A DNA stretch of 64,000 bases from positions 22,730 to 86,729 of the forward strand of contig CAYGWK010000004.1 of assembly GCA_964353785.1 (NCBI GenBank). The letters are read 5' to 3'. Shown here piece after piece: positions 1-9,892 of the stretch (position 1 is the stretch's first letter; the number at the start of each line of letters is the position of its first letter). Below the pieces are notes generated by a model. That model had not been told where the DNA came from. It ran no database searches and saw only the letters and a list, made by a program, of their open reading frames with translations. Position numbers and translations under genes: made by a program. This DNA comes from an uncultured Gammaproteobacteria bacterium (GTDB lineage: Bacteria; Patescibacteriota; Microgenomatia; CAYGWK01).

Positions 1-11
1 TTTTTTAAAAA

Positions 12-929
12 ATGTTTGATATTATCTCTGTTGGTTCAGCGGTTTTGGATGTTTTTCTCCGATCCTCTAAATTTCCTTTGGATAAAACCATGGTGGGCCA
101 AAAAATTGAGCCAGAGGAGATGCTTGTTTCTTCTGGTGGAGGAGGAACAAATACGGCGGCTGGATTCTCTCGCCTAGGACTTCAATCTGCCTGTATTGCC
201 CGTTTTGGTGATGATTTGTTTGGTAAGTTTTTACTTTCTGATTTGGAAAAAGAGGTTTTCTCGAAAAAATATTTAATTGAGAAAAAGGGAGATAATACTG
301 ATTATTCAACTATTTTAGTAAATCCCGATGGCGGACGAATTATTTTAGTTTATCGGGGGAAAACAAGAATTGAAGAAGATATTTTTCCCTGGCAGGCGCT
401 TGAAGAGACAAAAAATATTTATCTTGCCTCAATTGAAGGAAACATTGACTTGCTAATAAAAGTGGTTGAGAAAGCCAAAGAAAAAGGAATCAATATTTTC
501 TTAAATCCAGGCTCTCGAGAATTAAAAGAAAAAGAAAAATTACTTTCGGTTTTTCCAAAGTTAAAAGCCCTGATTTTAAATAAAGAAGAAGCGGATAATT
601 TTGGTCTTTCGGAAAGACCAAAAGACGGACCAGGAGTTGTCATTATTACCAATGGTCGTCAGGGTGCTAAACTTTTTTCCGAAGAAAAAAAGTTTTTTGC
701 TGAAGCGTTTAGCGGAGAAGTAATTGACGAAACTGGAGCCGGGGATGCTTTTTCCGCCGGTTTTGTTTCCGGGATAATTAAAGGATTTTCTTTGGAAAAA
801 TCATTAAAACTTGGGATGGCAAACGGAAGGTCAGTCGTCACCAAACTTGGAGCAAAACCTGGACTTTTATACGAGAAGGAAATTGAAGACTGGTTGGGAC
901 GATCATCAAAAATTGAACAAATAAATTAA
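12..929 (+). CDS. PfkB/ribokinase-family carbohydrate kinase
   Basis: GGGGTNTA N-terminal motif and DETGAGDAFSAG C-terminal PfkB signature. Confidence 0.9.
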   Translation: MFDIISVGSAVLDVFLRSSKFPLDKTMVGQKIEPEEMLVSSGGGGTNTAAGFSRLGLQSACIARFGDDLFGKFLLSDLEKEVFSKKYLIEKKGDNTDYSTILVNPDGGRIILVYRGKTRIEEDIFPWQALEETKNIYLASIEGNIDLLIKVVEKAKEKGINIFLNPGSRELKEKEKLLSVFPKLKALILNKEEADNFGLSERPKDGPGVVIITNGRQGAKLFSEEKKFFAEAFSGEVIDETGAGDAFSAGFVSGIIKGFSLEKSLKLGMANGRSVVTKLGAKPGLLYEKEIEDWLGRSSKIEQIN

Positions 930-950
930 TCAGCAATAAGTCTTCTAAAT

Positions 951-1331
951 ATGCCCGAAGAAAAACCGAAAATTCACATCGATTCTTGCGGTTGGGGAAA
1001 TGTCGTTATAGATGGTCAAAAATTTGACCAAGTGATAATTTCTGGGGAGAAAATAATTCATCGAGAAATAGAAAAATTAGAAAAACTTTTTGGGACGACT
1101 CACCAAATTGGTGATTGGGAGATTGAGAAATTGCTTTCAGGAAACCCGGAAATTATTATTTTAAGTTCTGGCCAGGGAGGAGTAATGAAAATTGCTGATG
1201 AAGTTAAGGAAAAATTATTAAAATCTGGTGCCGAATTAAAAATTCTTTTAACGCCCCAAGCAGTTTCGGAATTTAATAAACTTTCATCAGAAGGAAAACG
1301 AGTTAATGCTTTAATTCACACTACTTGTTGA
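951..1331 (+). CDS. Mth938-like (DUF498) domain protein
   Basis: PEIIILSSGQ...TPQAVSEFN...ALIHTTC pattern typical of the Mth938 family. Confidence 0.8.
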   Translation: MPEEKPKIHIDSCGWGNVVIDGQKFDQVIISGEKIIHREIEKLEKLFGTTHQIGDWEIEKLLSGNPEIIILSSGQGGVMKIADEVKEKLLKSGAELKILLTPQAVSEFNKLSSEGKRVNALIHTTC

Positions 1332-1385
1332 GGCGCCCTTGGCGCCAAAATCCTGCCGAAGCGGCAGCGAAGGAGGACTAAAAAA

Positions 1386-2357
1386 ATGGCAATTTTTAAG
1401 CAATCAGACCAATTTGTTCCTCGCAAGCTACCAGGAAAAATTTTAAAGCCAATACCAAAACCAAAAGGAGGAGGAAAATGGATTTTGACTCTTTTTGCCG
1501 GAAGCATAGTTCTAAGTTTAGGTTTATGGGCTTATGGCTCCTTAAAAACAGGAACAGGTATTCAAAAAATAATTAGCCCGCAGGTCGTTCCTACTCCGAC
1601 CCCGACCCCAACCCCCAAAAAAACTGCCGAGATAACCGATAAAGTTTCTGATTTAACCAAAAATTTAAAAGGAGAATATGGGATTTACGTTTTTAATTTA
1701 ACGACTAAGCAAGGATATGGAGTAAATGAAGATGAAATCTTTCCAGCTGCTTCTTTAATTAAACTGCCAGTATTTTTAACTTTATATCAAGAAGCAGAAG
1801 CTGGCAGAATTGATTTGGAGACAAAATATACTTTGAAAAATTCTGATAAACAGGCTGGGGCAGGAGGGATGCAATATAAGCCTGCGGGAACAGTTTTTAC
1901 TTATAGGCAGATGGCAGAATTGATGGGAAAACAATCAGATAATACCGCCGTTTTTGTTTTGCGAAAAATCCTAGGGGATCAAAAAATTCAATCTACTATT
2001 GATAATTTGGGGATGACAAAAACCTCTCTTTCAAAAAATGAAACTAGTCCTCAAGATTTAGGTTTATTTTTTAGAAAATTATATGCGGGTTCAATAGTCA
2101 GCCGAGAGCATCGGGATGAGATTTTGGGATATTTAACCGAAACTTTTGATGAATCAAGAATCCCGGCTGGCGTACCAGAAGGAACGAGAGTTTGCCATAA
2201 AGTCGGGACTGAAATAGGCATTATCTCCGATGCGGGAATCGTTTTTAGCCAAAAACCCTTTATTTTGGTAATAATGTCTGAGAATGTTAAAGAATTAGAA
2301 GCCAAAGAAGTTTTACCAAAAATCGCCAAGGAAGTTTGGGAATTTGAGAATAAATAA
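1386..2357 (+). CDS. Membrane-anchored class A beta-lactamase-like serine hydrolase
   Basis: N-terminal TM and PT linker; SLIK (SxxK), SDN and HKVG motifs. Confidence 0.85.
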   Translation: MAIFKQSDQFVPRKLPGKILKPIPKPKGGGKWILTLFAGSIVLSLGLWAYGSLKTGTGIQKIISPQVVPTPTPTPTPKKTAEITDKVSDLTKNLKGEYGIYVFNLTTKQGYGVNEDEIFPAASLIKLPVFLTLYQEAEAGRIDLETKYTLKNSDKQAGAGGMQYKPAGTVFTYRQMAELMGKQSDNTAVFVLRKILGDQKIQSTIDNLGMTKTSLSKNETSPQDLGLFFRKLYAGSIVSREHRDEILGYLTETFDESRIPAGVPEGTRVCHKVGTEIGIISDAGIVFSQKPFILVIMSENVKELEAKEVLPKIAKEVWEFENK

Positions 2358-2361
2358 ACTA

Positions 2362-2390
2362 TTGACATTATGATAAATTTGTCATAAAAT
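2362..2390 (+). promoter_or_regulatory. Sigma70 promoter with palindromic operator of the TA module
   Basis: TTGACA-17bp-TAAAAT; imperfect palindrome TATGATAAATTTGTCATA (2369-2386) overlaps the spacer. Confidence 0.7.
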
Positions 2391-2394
2391 AATC

Positions 2395-2691
2395 ATGAAA
2401 GTTTTCTATCTGCCTGAAGTTGCCGATTTTGTAGAGAAATTAAGATATCAGGAACATACTCGATTAACCAGAGTACGAAAGCTCTTTGAAGAATATTCAT
2501 TTCAAATAGGTGCTAAATATATAAAGAAAATTACAGCCTCCGGAATATGGGAATTGAAGGCGGGCAGGATTAGATTGTTTTTATATGTCAAGGGAGATAA
2601 GGCGATAGGGGTTCATATAATTTGGAAAAAATCACAAAAATTGACTATTAGAGATATAAAATTAGCAGAAAGACGAAGCAAACAACTATGA
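2395..2691 (+). CDS. Type II toxin, RelE/HigB (Gp49-like) family
   Basis: 98 aa basic protein with GIWELK..RIRLF...KKSQK; overlaps the downstream HTH gene. Confidence 0.75.
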   Translation: MKVFYLPEVADFVEKLRYQEHTRLTRVRKLFEEYSFQIGAKYIKKITASGIWELKAGRIRLFLYVKGDKAIGVHIIWKKSQKLTIRDIKLAERRSKQL

Positions 2692-2981
2692 AAAATAAAA
2701 GAACAAAACTTATTAGCGCTGAAGCATTGCATCGAAAATGGATGAAAGATCCAAAATATCGCCGTGAGTATGAAAAACTTGAGTCAGAATTTCAAATTGC
2801 TCGGCAAATTATTGGAGCAAGGATTAAAAGGAAAATGTCTCAGGAAGAGTTGGCGAAAAAAGCAGGAACTGGACAAGCAGTTATCTCCCGACTTGAGGGA
2901 ATGAACGGCAAACCTTCAATTTCTCTTCTTGAAAGAATCGCCCGCGCCTTGAATACAAAAATAAGGGTTACTATTCAATAA
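2688..2981 (+). CDS. XRE-family HTH antitoxin (HigA-like)
   Basis: MSQEELAKKAGTGQAVISRLE HTH; toxin-first gene order. Confidence 0.8.
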   Translation: MKNKRTKLISAEALHRKWMKDPKYRREYEKLESEFQIARQIIGARIKRKMSQEELAKKAGTGQAVISRLEGMNGKPSISLLERIARALNTKIRVTIQ

Positions 2982-3017
2982 ATTATCAGAGTAGTTTGGG
3001 AGTTTGAGACAAAGTAA
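2982..3017 (+). repeat. Diverged copy of the serine hydrolase 3' end
   Basis: Reads IIRVVWEFETK* versus KIAKEVWEFENK* at the end of 1386..2357. Confidence 0.7.
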
Positions 3018-3019
3018 AT

Positions 3020-3616
3020 ATGGTAATTATTAATTGGGATACGTTGTTAAAAATAGGCTCTTTAGCAGGATTAGCATCGTTTGTGTGGCTATTGATAAAG
3101 GATCTTGTTGGGTTTTACCGAAAACCAAAATTAGAAATTACATTTACAAAAAACAGAGATTTAAGGAATTTCTTCTTTGAGGATACGAAATGGGAAAGAA
3201 GGTTTGCCAATTTACATATTAAAAACAAGGGGAAAGATACCGCCAAAAGATGCGTTGCTATCTTGAGAGTTTTAACAAAACCACGAGAGGCTACAAATAT
3301 TGAAGAAGAATATGCTCTTCATTGGGCTGGAGTTGATTATTCTGCTCAAACAACCGGCGCAGAACCCGTTGATATAGGTCCCGAACCAAGAAGATTAGAT
3401 GTGGCGTTCACTCAGAATGGTCAGAATATAAATGGGAGTTGGATAGCGATGCCTCTTGCCTTATTGGGATCTTTAAGAAGAAATCAGGCGTATCTTCCAC
3501 CGGGTGAATACGAACTTAAAATTGAGGTTCAATGCGAGAACGGAAGTGGAGATAAAGCAAAATTTAAAATTATTTCTCCTCAGAATTGGGAGAATTTAGA
3601 TTTTGATAAGTTATAA
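3020..3616 (+). CDS. Hypothetical protein with N-terminal TM helix
   Basis: 198-aa ORF with hydrophobic N-terminus; no family recognised. Confidence 0.65.
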   Translation: MVIINWDTLLKIGSLAGLASFVWLLIKDLVGFYRKPKLEITFTKNRDLRNFFFEDTKWERRFANLHIKNKGKDTAKRCVAILRVLTKPREATNIEEEYALHWAGVDYSAQTTGAEPVDIGPEPRRLDVAFTQNGQNINGSWIAMPLALLGSLRRNQAYLPPGEYELKIEVQCENGSGDKAKFKIISPQNWENLDFDKL

Positions 3617-3632
3617 TATTTCTGGGACTTCT

Positions 3633-3688
3633 GCGGAAGAAGCTTTCCCGCCATTATCAAAATGGTTTGGGAGTTTGAGATAAAATAA
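3633..3688 (+). repeat. Second diverged copy of the serine hydrolase 3' end
   Basis: AEEAFP/AIIKMVWEFEIK* (one frameshift) versus AKEVLPKIAKEVWEFENK*. Confidence 0.65.
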
Positions 3689-3807
3689 ATTTTCTTCTTA
3701 AAACACAAAAAGGCACCGCGAAAAGTAGTTTTGTTGCTCAACGCAACTCGTTACTTCTCTTTGGTGCCTCCTTGCACTATTCAGTTTCTGGAAGGATGTG
3801 TTGGGGG

Positions 3808-4302
3808 CTATTCCAGCGGTGATTCGAGAGACTCCTCGGCCTCTTTGATCTTTGGTTCCAAGACATCAGCAACATCACTTAGTCCCAGTGTGATGACGGC
3901 GGTGCCATCCTCTTCGGAAATCGTTGTTTCTTCTGAAAGAAGGCTAGATGTTTTGCTGGCTGACTTCCGAGTTTCATCAACGTGATGGGCCCTGATCAGG
4001 ATGTTGTCGGAATCTTGGGTTGTCCGGAGCGAGTTTATAACCTGTTCAGCTGCTCCTTCTCCGTTATCCCGATCGTAAAGCCAAGGATCGAGTGATTCAC
4101 CGCTTAGGTCCACCTTCATAACCCGACCCTTGAGATAGTCGAAGTCAGAGCAGCCGCGAGACAAAATCTCTTTGGCTTCTTCGACATCCATCGGTTTAGG
4201 GTCATAATGGAGGAACCCCATTCCTTGTGGTTTGGCCGCGTTGTATAGCGCTGCTAGAACAGCGGCTTTGTCCAATCCCTTCAGATCGATTAAATTAGAC
4301 AT
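3808..4302 (-). CDS. Hypothetical protein
   Basis: ORF with AAGGAGAG Shine-Dalgarno before ATG at 4302; GC-richer than flanks. Confidence 0.7.
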   Translation of the reverse strand: MSNLIDLKGLDKAAVLAALYNAAKPQGMGFLHYDPKPMDVEEAKEILSRGCSDFDYLKGRVMKVDLSGESLDPWLYDRDNGEGAAEQVINSLRTTQDSDNILIRAHHVDETRKSASKTSSLLSEETTISEEDGTAVITLGLSDVADVLEPKIKEAEESLESPLE

Positions 4303-4519
4303 AAATCTCTCCTTATTTAGTCTCACCTTAATAGGTGGCTTTCTGCCTACCTGGCAACAGATAAGCAAAGAGCCACCTACTCTGATGAGTAATCCTTCCG
4401 CAAACTGTAAAAGTGCAAGAATAAAAATTCAAACAAACAAAAAACAGGCAAGCAAATTAGCCTGAATTTGTTTGGCTTGATATGAGAATAATACCACAAA
4501 TAAACTCAAAAGTCAAATA

Positions 4520-6835
4520 TTATAGGTTCTTGTTCTTTCTCTCTTCCTCAATCTTTTTAATTTCTTCTTCTGTGCAGGAATTTTTTGGTTCGGTGCCAGG
4601 AAGGAAAATTTCTGTTTTTTTGCTTGGGCAGGCATCGCAGGACAAGGTTCCGGTAAGGGTGCAAATTTCAACCCTGACTAAGTTTTCTGGAAGAGAAAAT
4701 TTCTCATCAGGTTTGTCTTTTAAAAGTTCGGCCATGATATTGTGCCAAATTGGCGAGGCGCCGGTCACGCCCGAGGCAACGTAAGACATAGGTGTAGCAT
4801 CGTTGTTGCCGACCCAGGTAACGACCAAGAGATTTGGAGTATAACCGATGGTCCAGTTATCTTTTAAATTGTTGCTGGTGCCGGTTTTAACCGCCACCGA
4901 GGGATGTTCGGGGATATTTAAAAGTGAATTTGGACCAAAGGCTGGAGTTCGAGCTAAGTTGTCAGAAAGAATATCATCTAAAATATAGGCGATCTGCGGC
5001 GAAAGAGCCCTTTCGCCTTCAATTTCCAGCTTTTCCAGAACTTTTCCTTTATAATTTGAGCGTAGCGAAAATTTCAAGCTTTGCTTATAATCTTTAACCT
5101 CCAAAATTGGCTGTAAACCAACTTTCATTCCCAAATTTGCCAGGGTTCCATAAACTACGGCCATGTCAGTCATTTTGACTTCGCCTCCGCCTAAAGTTAG
5201 GGAAAGTCCGTATTGGGAGGGGTCGTTCCAGGTAGTGATGCCCATTTTTTGACCTTGTTCAATCATTCGAGAAACTCCTAAAGCAGAGAGAACTTTAACT
5301 GCCGGAACATTATAAGAAGAACCCAGGGCTATCCTTAGAGGGACATTGCCATGAAATCGGCCATCATAGTTTTTTGGCGAATAAGGAGGTTGTCCAGGAA
5401 CCTGATAAGTTATGGGCGTGTCGGGAATAATGGTGGCTGGCGTAAAACCCATTGAAAGAGCCACCGAATAATTAACTGGTTTAATTGAGGAGCCGGGCTG
5501 GCGGTTGGCGGTGGTGACGTTATAGTTTCCCTGGTTTTTTAAATCAAAATAATCTTTTGAACCTATCATCGCTAAAATTTCTCCGGTTTTAGGATTAGTT
5601 ACCAGGGCAGCTCCATTTGAAATTCGCAAAGATTTTAATTTTTCAACCTCACTTGAGACTTGCTTTTGGGCCAGGTTTTGAATATCCAAATCCAAGGAGG
5701 TTTTAACCTCAAGTCCACCTTCCTCAACCATTTTTTCTCCATATTTTTTAACCAGGAGTTCTTTAACATACATCACAAAATGGGGAGCGAAAATGTCAGT
5801 TTTTTTCAAAACCAGATGGATGTCCTGGGCCGATGCTTCGTCTGCCTGTTTTTGGGTGATAAATTTTTCCTCAACCATTCGGCGCAAAACAAGTTTCTGG
5901 CGCTCTTTGGCAATCTCTGGGTGGGCGCCGAAAGGAGAATAGGTAGTTGGTGAGGCTGGCAAGCCAGCTAAAAGAGCGGCTTCGGCCAAATTTATCTCTT
6001 TGACTGATTTGCCAAAATATAACTGTGAAGCCTCTTCAACCCCATAAGCCGCGCCCCCAAAACCAACCTCATTTAAATACATCTGAAGAATCTCGTCTTT
6101 TGAGAATTTTCTCTCAACCCATAAAGAGAGAATTATTTCTTTTATTTTTCTGCGAATGGTTCGTTCGGGGGAAAGGAGGGCATTTTTAACTAGTTGTTGG
6201 GTAATGGTTGAACCACCCTCGATTTTTCCAGTTTGGACAATTTTTCTGGCAGCCCGAAGAATTCCTTTTGCCGATAGTCCATGATGAGAATAAAATTCAG
6301 CATCTTCAATGGCGACCACCGCCTGGCGCAAAAAAAGGGGAGTTTCTGAAAGAGGAACTAGGGTTCGATTTTCGCTGCGATAAATTTTATAGAGAAGTTT
6401 GCCGTTTCGGTCGTAAATTTTGGTTGAGACAATCTGTTCTCTGGTGGTAAGTTTTTGGGGATTGGGGAGTTCGGAAAAAATAGTAAATAGAAAATAGGAA
6501 ATAGCAGATAGGAAAGAAACAGTTAAAAAGACAAGGAGAACAACCTTTCGAGAAATTTTGGGAAAGCGGATTTTTGGAATTCTGGGAAAACGAATTTTGG
6601 GAAATCTTAAACGAGAAACGTAAGACGCAAAACACGACAAGAGATTTATCAAGAAATGTCCAAGACGAGGAAAAAGGCTGGCAATCGCCAATAGGCAGTA
6701 GGCAATAAGAAGTATTGCCCAAAGGAACGGCTTTCCTAAAACCTCCAGAACTTTGCCAAAAAATTTCCAGGCAGAGAACCCTTTTTTGGGTTGAAGTTTT
6801 TTGGCGGAGTAGATGATTCCTGTCCTGACCGCCAT
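4520..6835 (-). CDS. Class A penicillin-binding protein (PBP1A family)
   Basis: EDAEFYSH, GGSTITQQLVKN, RKIKE transglycosylase motifs; SSIK, SYN, KTG transpeptidase motifs. Confidence 0.92.
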   Translation of the reverse strand: MAVRTGIIYSAKKLQPKKGFSAWKFFGKVLEVLGKPFLWAILLIAYCLLAIASLFPRLGHFLINLLSCFASYVSRLRFPKIRFPRIPKIRFPKISRKVVLLVFLTVSFLSAISYFLFTIFSELPNPQKLTTREQIVSTKIYDRNGKLLYKIYRSENRTLVPLSETPLFLRQAVVAIEDAEFYSHHGLSAKGILRAARKIVQTGKIEGGSTITQQLVKNALLSPERTIRRKIKEIILSLWVERKFSKDEILQMYLNEVGFGGAAYGVEEASQLYFGKSVKEINLAEAALLAGLPASPTTYSPFGAHPEIAKERQKLVLRRMVEEKFITQKQADEASAQDIHLVLKKTDIFAPHFVMYVKELLVKKYGEKMVEEGGLEVKTSLDLDIQNLAQKQVSSEVEKLKSLRISNGAALVTNPKTGEILAMIGSKDYFDLKNQGNYNVTTANRQPGSSIKPVNYSVALSMGFTPATIIPDTPITYQVPGQPPYSPKNYDGRFHGNVPLRIALGSSYNVPAVKVLSALGVSRMIEQGQKMGITTWNDPSQYGLSLTLGGGEVKMTDMAVVYGTLANLGMKVGLQPILEVKDYKQSLKFSLRSNYKGKVLEKLEIEGERALSPQIAYILDDILSDNLARTPAFGPNSLLNIPEHPSVAVKTGTSNNLKDNWTIGYTPNLLVVTWVGNNDATPMSYVASGVTGASPIWHNIMAELLKDKPDEKFSLPENLVRVEICTLTGTLSCDACPSKKTEIFLPGTEPKNSCTEEEIKKIEEERKNKNL

Positions 6836-6866
6836 ACCAGGCTAATTATACCTCAAAACTCTTTTT

Positions 6867-9101
6867 TTAGGGAGTAGGAGATGGAGAGAGTAAATTTAGG
6901 GGGTTTATTTTGGCTGGGGCGGGTTTTTGCTCTGGAGGCAAGGGTGGACAATCAAGGCAAAAAATTGTTCCCAGGGGGTCCAAAATTACATTATGGTCTT
7001 GAGGTTCAACCCAATCAGGAAAAGGTTGGTCAGAGGAAATTTCTCCTGGCTGGACCGGAAGACCTGAAGTTTTATTTATCAAAACCGTTTTTCTTAAAGA
7101 TTCAGTCTCCTGAGGAACTGTTCCTTCCAAGAAATACTCAAACCGAGTTTGGCAGCCTGACTCTCCGAGAGCCATTCCGGAGACAGTACAAATACTTGCC
7201 CCAATTATACCTTCGGGCTTGATGGGCCAGTTTTGTTTCTGGCTTTTTAAAACAAAACTTATGATTTTATTCCAAATTGGTGAGGCGCCGGTCACCCCCG
7301 AAGCCACGGCGGACATTGGTTTGTTATCATTGTTGCCAACCCAAGTGGCAACTAAAAAGTCAGGGGTATAGCCGATTGTCCAGTTATCCTTTTTATCATT
7401 AGTGGTTCCGGTTTTGACGGAAACTTCAGGATGACCAGAAACCACCAAATATGAAGATGGTCCAAAGGCAAGGGAACGGGCATTATTATCAAGTAAGGTA
7501 TGAGAAATTAAATAGGCAACTTCCATGGGAATAATTCTTTCACCCTCTTGGATTTGGGTTTTTTCAAGTGTCTTTCCGGTATAATCAGAAACCTCTAAAA
7601 TTGAAACTAGCGGTTGTTTTATTCCTAAGTTGGCAAAAACCCCAAAAGCAGTGGCCATATCTGTCATCCGGACTTCGCCCCCACCCAAGGTTAGAGATAA
7701 ACCATATTGTTTTGGATCTTGGAGTGTCTCAAGCCCCATTTTTTGAGCAAAAGGAACAAAATTTTCTAAAGTATTTAAGGCTAAAACTTTAACCGCGACC
7801 ACATTAATTGAACTTCCTAGGGCAAATCTTGCTTGAAGCGGTCCATGGAAAGTATTGTCATAATTTGAGGGACAATAAAGTGGCTGACCAGTGACCTGGA
7901 AACAGGTTGGAGCATCGTTGAAGACTGTGGCTAAAGTTATTTTTTTATCCAAAAGTCCCAAAGCATAATTTAAGGGTTTGATGGCTGAACCAGGCTGGCG
8001 CAGGGCGGTTGAAACATTATAGTTTCCTTGAATATCTTTGGCAAAATAGTCTTTTGAACCAACCATGGCTAGAATCTCACCAGTTTTAGGGGCAGTTACC
8101 AAAGCGGCGCCATTTGAAACACGATAATTTTTAAGTTTGCCAACTTCAGTGGCCACTGCTCTTTCGGCAAACTCTTGAGTATCCAAATCTAAGGTAGTCT
8201 TAACCCGAAGCCCCCCTTGTTCAACTTGTCTTTGGCCATATTTTTCCACCAACTGTTCCTTAACGTACATGACAAAGTGGGGGGCTTTAATTCCAGTTTC
8301 ATGAGGGGCAAAACTAAGTTCCTGTTCTTTTGCTTTTTTGCTTTCTTCCTCGGTAATATGTTTGTCCTCAACCATTCTTCCCAAAACCCAAATTTGGCGC
8401 TGGAAAGCCAGTTCTGGATGGGCCCCAAAAGGAGAATATCTAGTAGGCGAGGCCGGCAGACCGGCCAAAAGAGTCGTTTCGGCTAAAGTCAAGTCGCGGG
8501 CGGACTTTCCAAAATAAAGTCTTGCCGCTGATTCTATTCCCCAGGCAGTTCCTCCGTAAGGAACTTGGTTTAAATACATCTCTAAAATTTTGTCTTTTGG
8601 GTAAATTACCTCAACTGCCAAGGTCAGAAAGAACTCGCGGATTTTTCTTCGGACTGTTCGCTCTGGTGTTAGGAGGGCATTTTTAACCAATTGTTGAGTA
8701 ATGGTTGAACCACCTTGAAGTTTTTGGTGAAAGATAATATTAAAGATGGCCCGGGCCATGCCTCGATAGGAAAAACCATGGTGGCGATAAAAATCTTTGT
8801 CTTCAGAGGAAATGGTTGCCCATTTGATATATTCTGGAACTTCCGAAAGTTTTATTGGAGTTCGGTTTTGGTCAGTATAAATTTCATATAATAATTTTCC
8901 ATTTCGATCAAAAATCTGGCTTGAAACAGGATAGGGCCAAGAGGTAAGTTTCCAGGGGGGAGGCATGTCCCAGAATAAATAAAGCAAACAGCAGACAGCA
9001 AACAGCAGACAGCAAACAGCAAGAAATTTTTGTTTAGTGGTTAATTTCTTAAATTTTTTACTGAACACTGGACGCTGAACGCTGGACACTGCTTTCTTCA
9101 T
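6867..9101 (-). CDS. Class A penicillin-binding protein (tandem paralog)
   Basis: EDKDFYRH, GGSTITQQLVKN; SAIK, SIN, KTG; start placed at ATG 9101 just after TATAAT. Confidence 0.92.
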   Translation of the reverse strand: MKKAVSSVQRPVFSKKFKKLTTKQKFLAVCCLLFAVCCLLYLFWDMPPPWKLTSWPYPVSSQIFDRNGKLLYEIYTDQNRTPIKLSEVPEYIKWATISSEDKDFYRHHGFSYRGMARAIFNIIFHQKLQGGSTITQQLVKNALLTPERTVRRKIREFFLTLAVEVIYPKDKILEMYLNQVPYGGTAWGIESAARLYFGKSARDLTLAETTLLAGLPASPTRYSPFGAHPELAFQRQIWVLGRMVEDKHITEEESKKAKEQELSFAPHETGIKAPHFVMYVKEQLVEKYGQRQVEQGGLRVKTTLDLDTQEFAERAVATEVGKLKNYRVSNGAALVTAPKTGEILAMVGSKDYFAKDIQGNYNVSTALRQPGSAIKPLNYALGLLDKKITLATVFNDAPTCFQVTGQPLYCPSNYDNTFHGPLQARFALGSSINVVAVKVLALNTLENFVPFAQKMGLETLQDPKQYGLSLTLGGGEVRMTDMATAFGVFANLGIKQPLVSILEVSDYTGKTLEKTQIQEGERIIPMEVAYLISHTLLDNNARSLAFGPSSYLVVSGHPEVSVKTGTTNDKKDNWTIGYTPDFLVATWVGNNDNKPMSAVASGVTGASPIWNKIISFVLKSQKQNWPIKPEGIIGASICTVSGMALGESGCQTRFEYFLEGTVPQETESLRKTVLINKTSGLPVQPGEISSDQPFPDWVEPQDHNVILDPLGTIFCLDCPPLPPEQKPAPAKINPLNLLSPSPTP

Positions 9102-9209
9102 GCTTGTATTATAGCAGGCAAAGCCTTTATGGTATAAGCGAAGCTTGAAAACTTGTTTGAAAGCTGATGCTTTCAAAAGCCTTTGCCTTTTAGGCAAAGG
9201 AAGTTTATA

Positions 9210-9872
9210 ATGGTTTTTGTGAAAGAAAAAACCTTAAAATTAAAAAACGTAATTCAGCTTTATACTTTCATTTTTCTCATCTGGGGATTTTATCGATATT
9301 TATTTAGGCTTCCTGAAGAAATTGAAGAATTAGTTTTAAAACCTATCATTTGGCTTGGTCCAGTATTTTTTCTTCTTTTTAAAGAAAAAGCAAGTCTTTC
9401 CTCGCTCGGTTGGACAGGAAAAAATCTTTTTAAGAGTTTATATTTAGGAATAGGTTTGGGAATAATTTTTGCTATTGAAGGGTTATTTACTCATACCCTT
9501 AAATATGGCGGAATTTCTTTTGTTAAACTTGCCTATACCTCGCTTCCTGTTTTTTTAGTTGCCCTAGGCGTTTCTTTAGGAACAGCCATTTCTGAAGAAA
9601 CAGCCTTTCGCGGATATATTTTCTCAAGACTTTGGCAGATTTTAAAGAACGAATGGTTAGCAAATCTGGTCTCAAGCCTAGGTTGGGCCTTGGTTCACTT
9701 ACCCATTACCATTTTTGTTTTTCATTACAATCCGGTTCAGATTTTAGTTTTTCTCATTTTAACTTTTATTTTTGGGGCAGGCTCGGCTTTTGTTTTTGCC
9801 AGAACCGGAAATTTGGCTTCTTCAATTTTGCTTCACGTTTTCTGGGGCTGGCCAATAATATTATTTAGATAG
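9210..9872 (+). CDS. CPBP/Abi-family intramembrane glutamic endopeptidase
   Basis: EETAFRG, WALVH and SILLH motifs in a multi-TM protein; exact start uncertain. Confidence 0.85.
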   Translation: MVFVKEKTLKLKNVIQLYTFIFLIWGFYRYLFRLPEEIEELVLKPIIWLGPVFFLLFKEKASLSSLGWTGKNLFKSLYLGIGLGIIFAIEGLFTHTLKYGGISFVKLAYTSLPVFLVALGVSLGTAISEETAFRGYIFSRLWQILKNEWLANLVSSLGWALVHLPITIFVFHYNPVQILVFLILTFIFGAGSAFVFARTGNLASSILLHVFWGWPIILFR

Positions 9873-9892
9873 ATTCTGCCTAAGGACAGGCT

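Noticed and set aside
1386-2357. Bona fide antibiotic-resistance beta-lactamase
   Set aside because: Membrane-anchored with a PT linker, typical of cell-wall serine hydrolases; activity cannot be inferred from sequence
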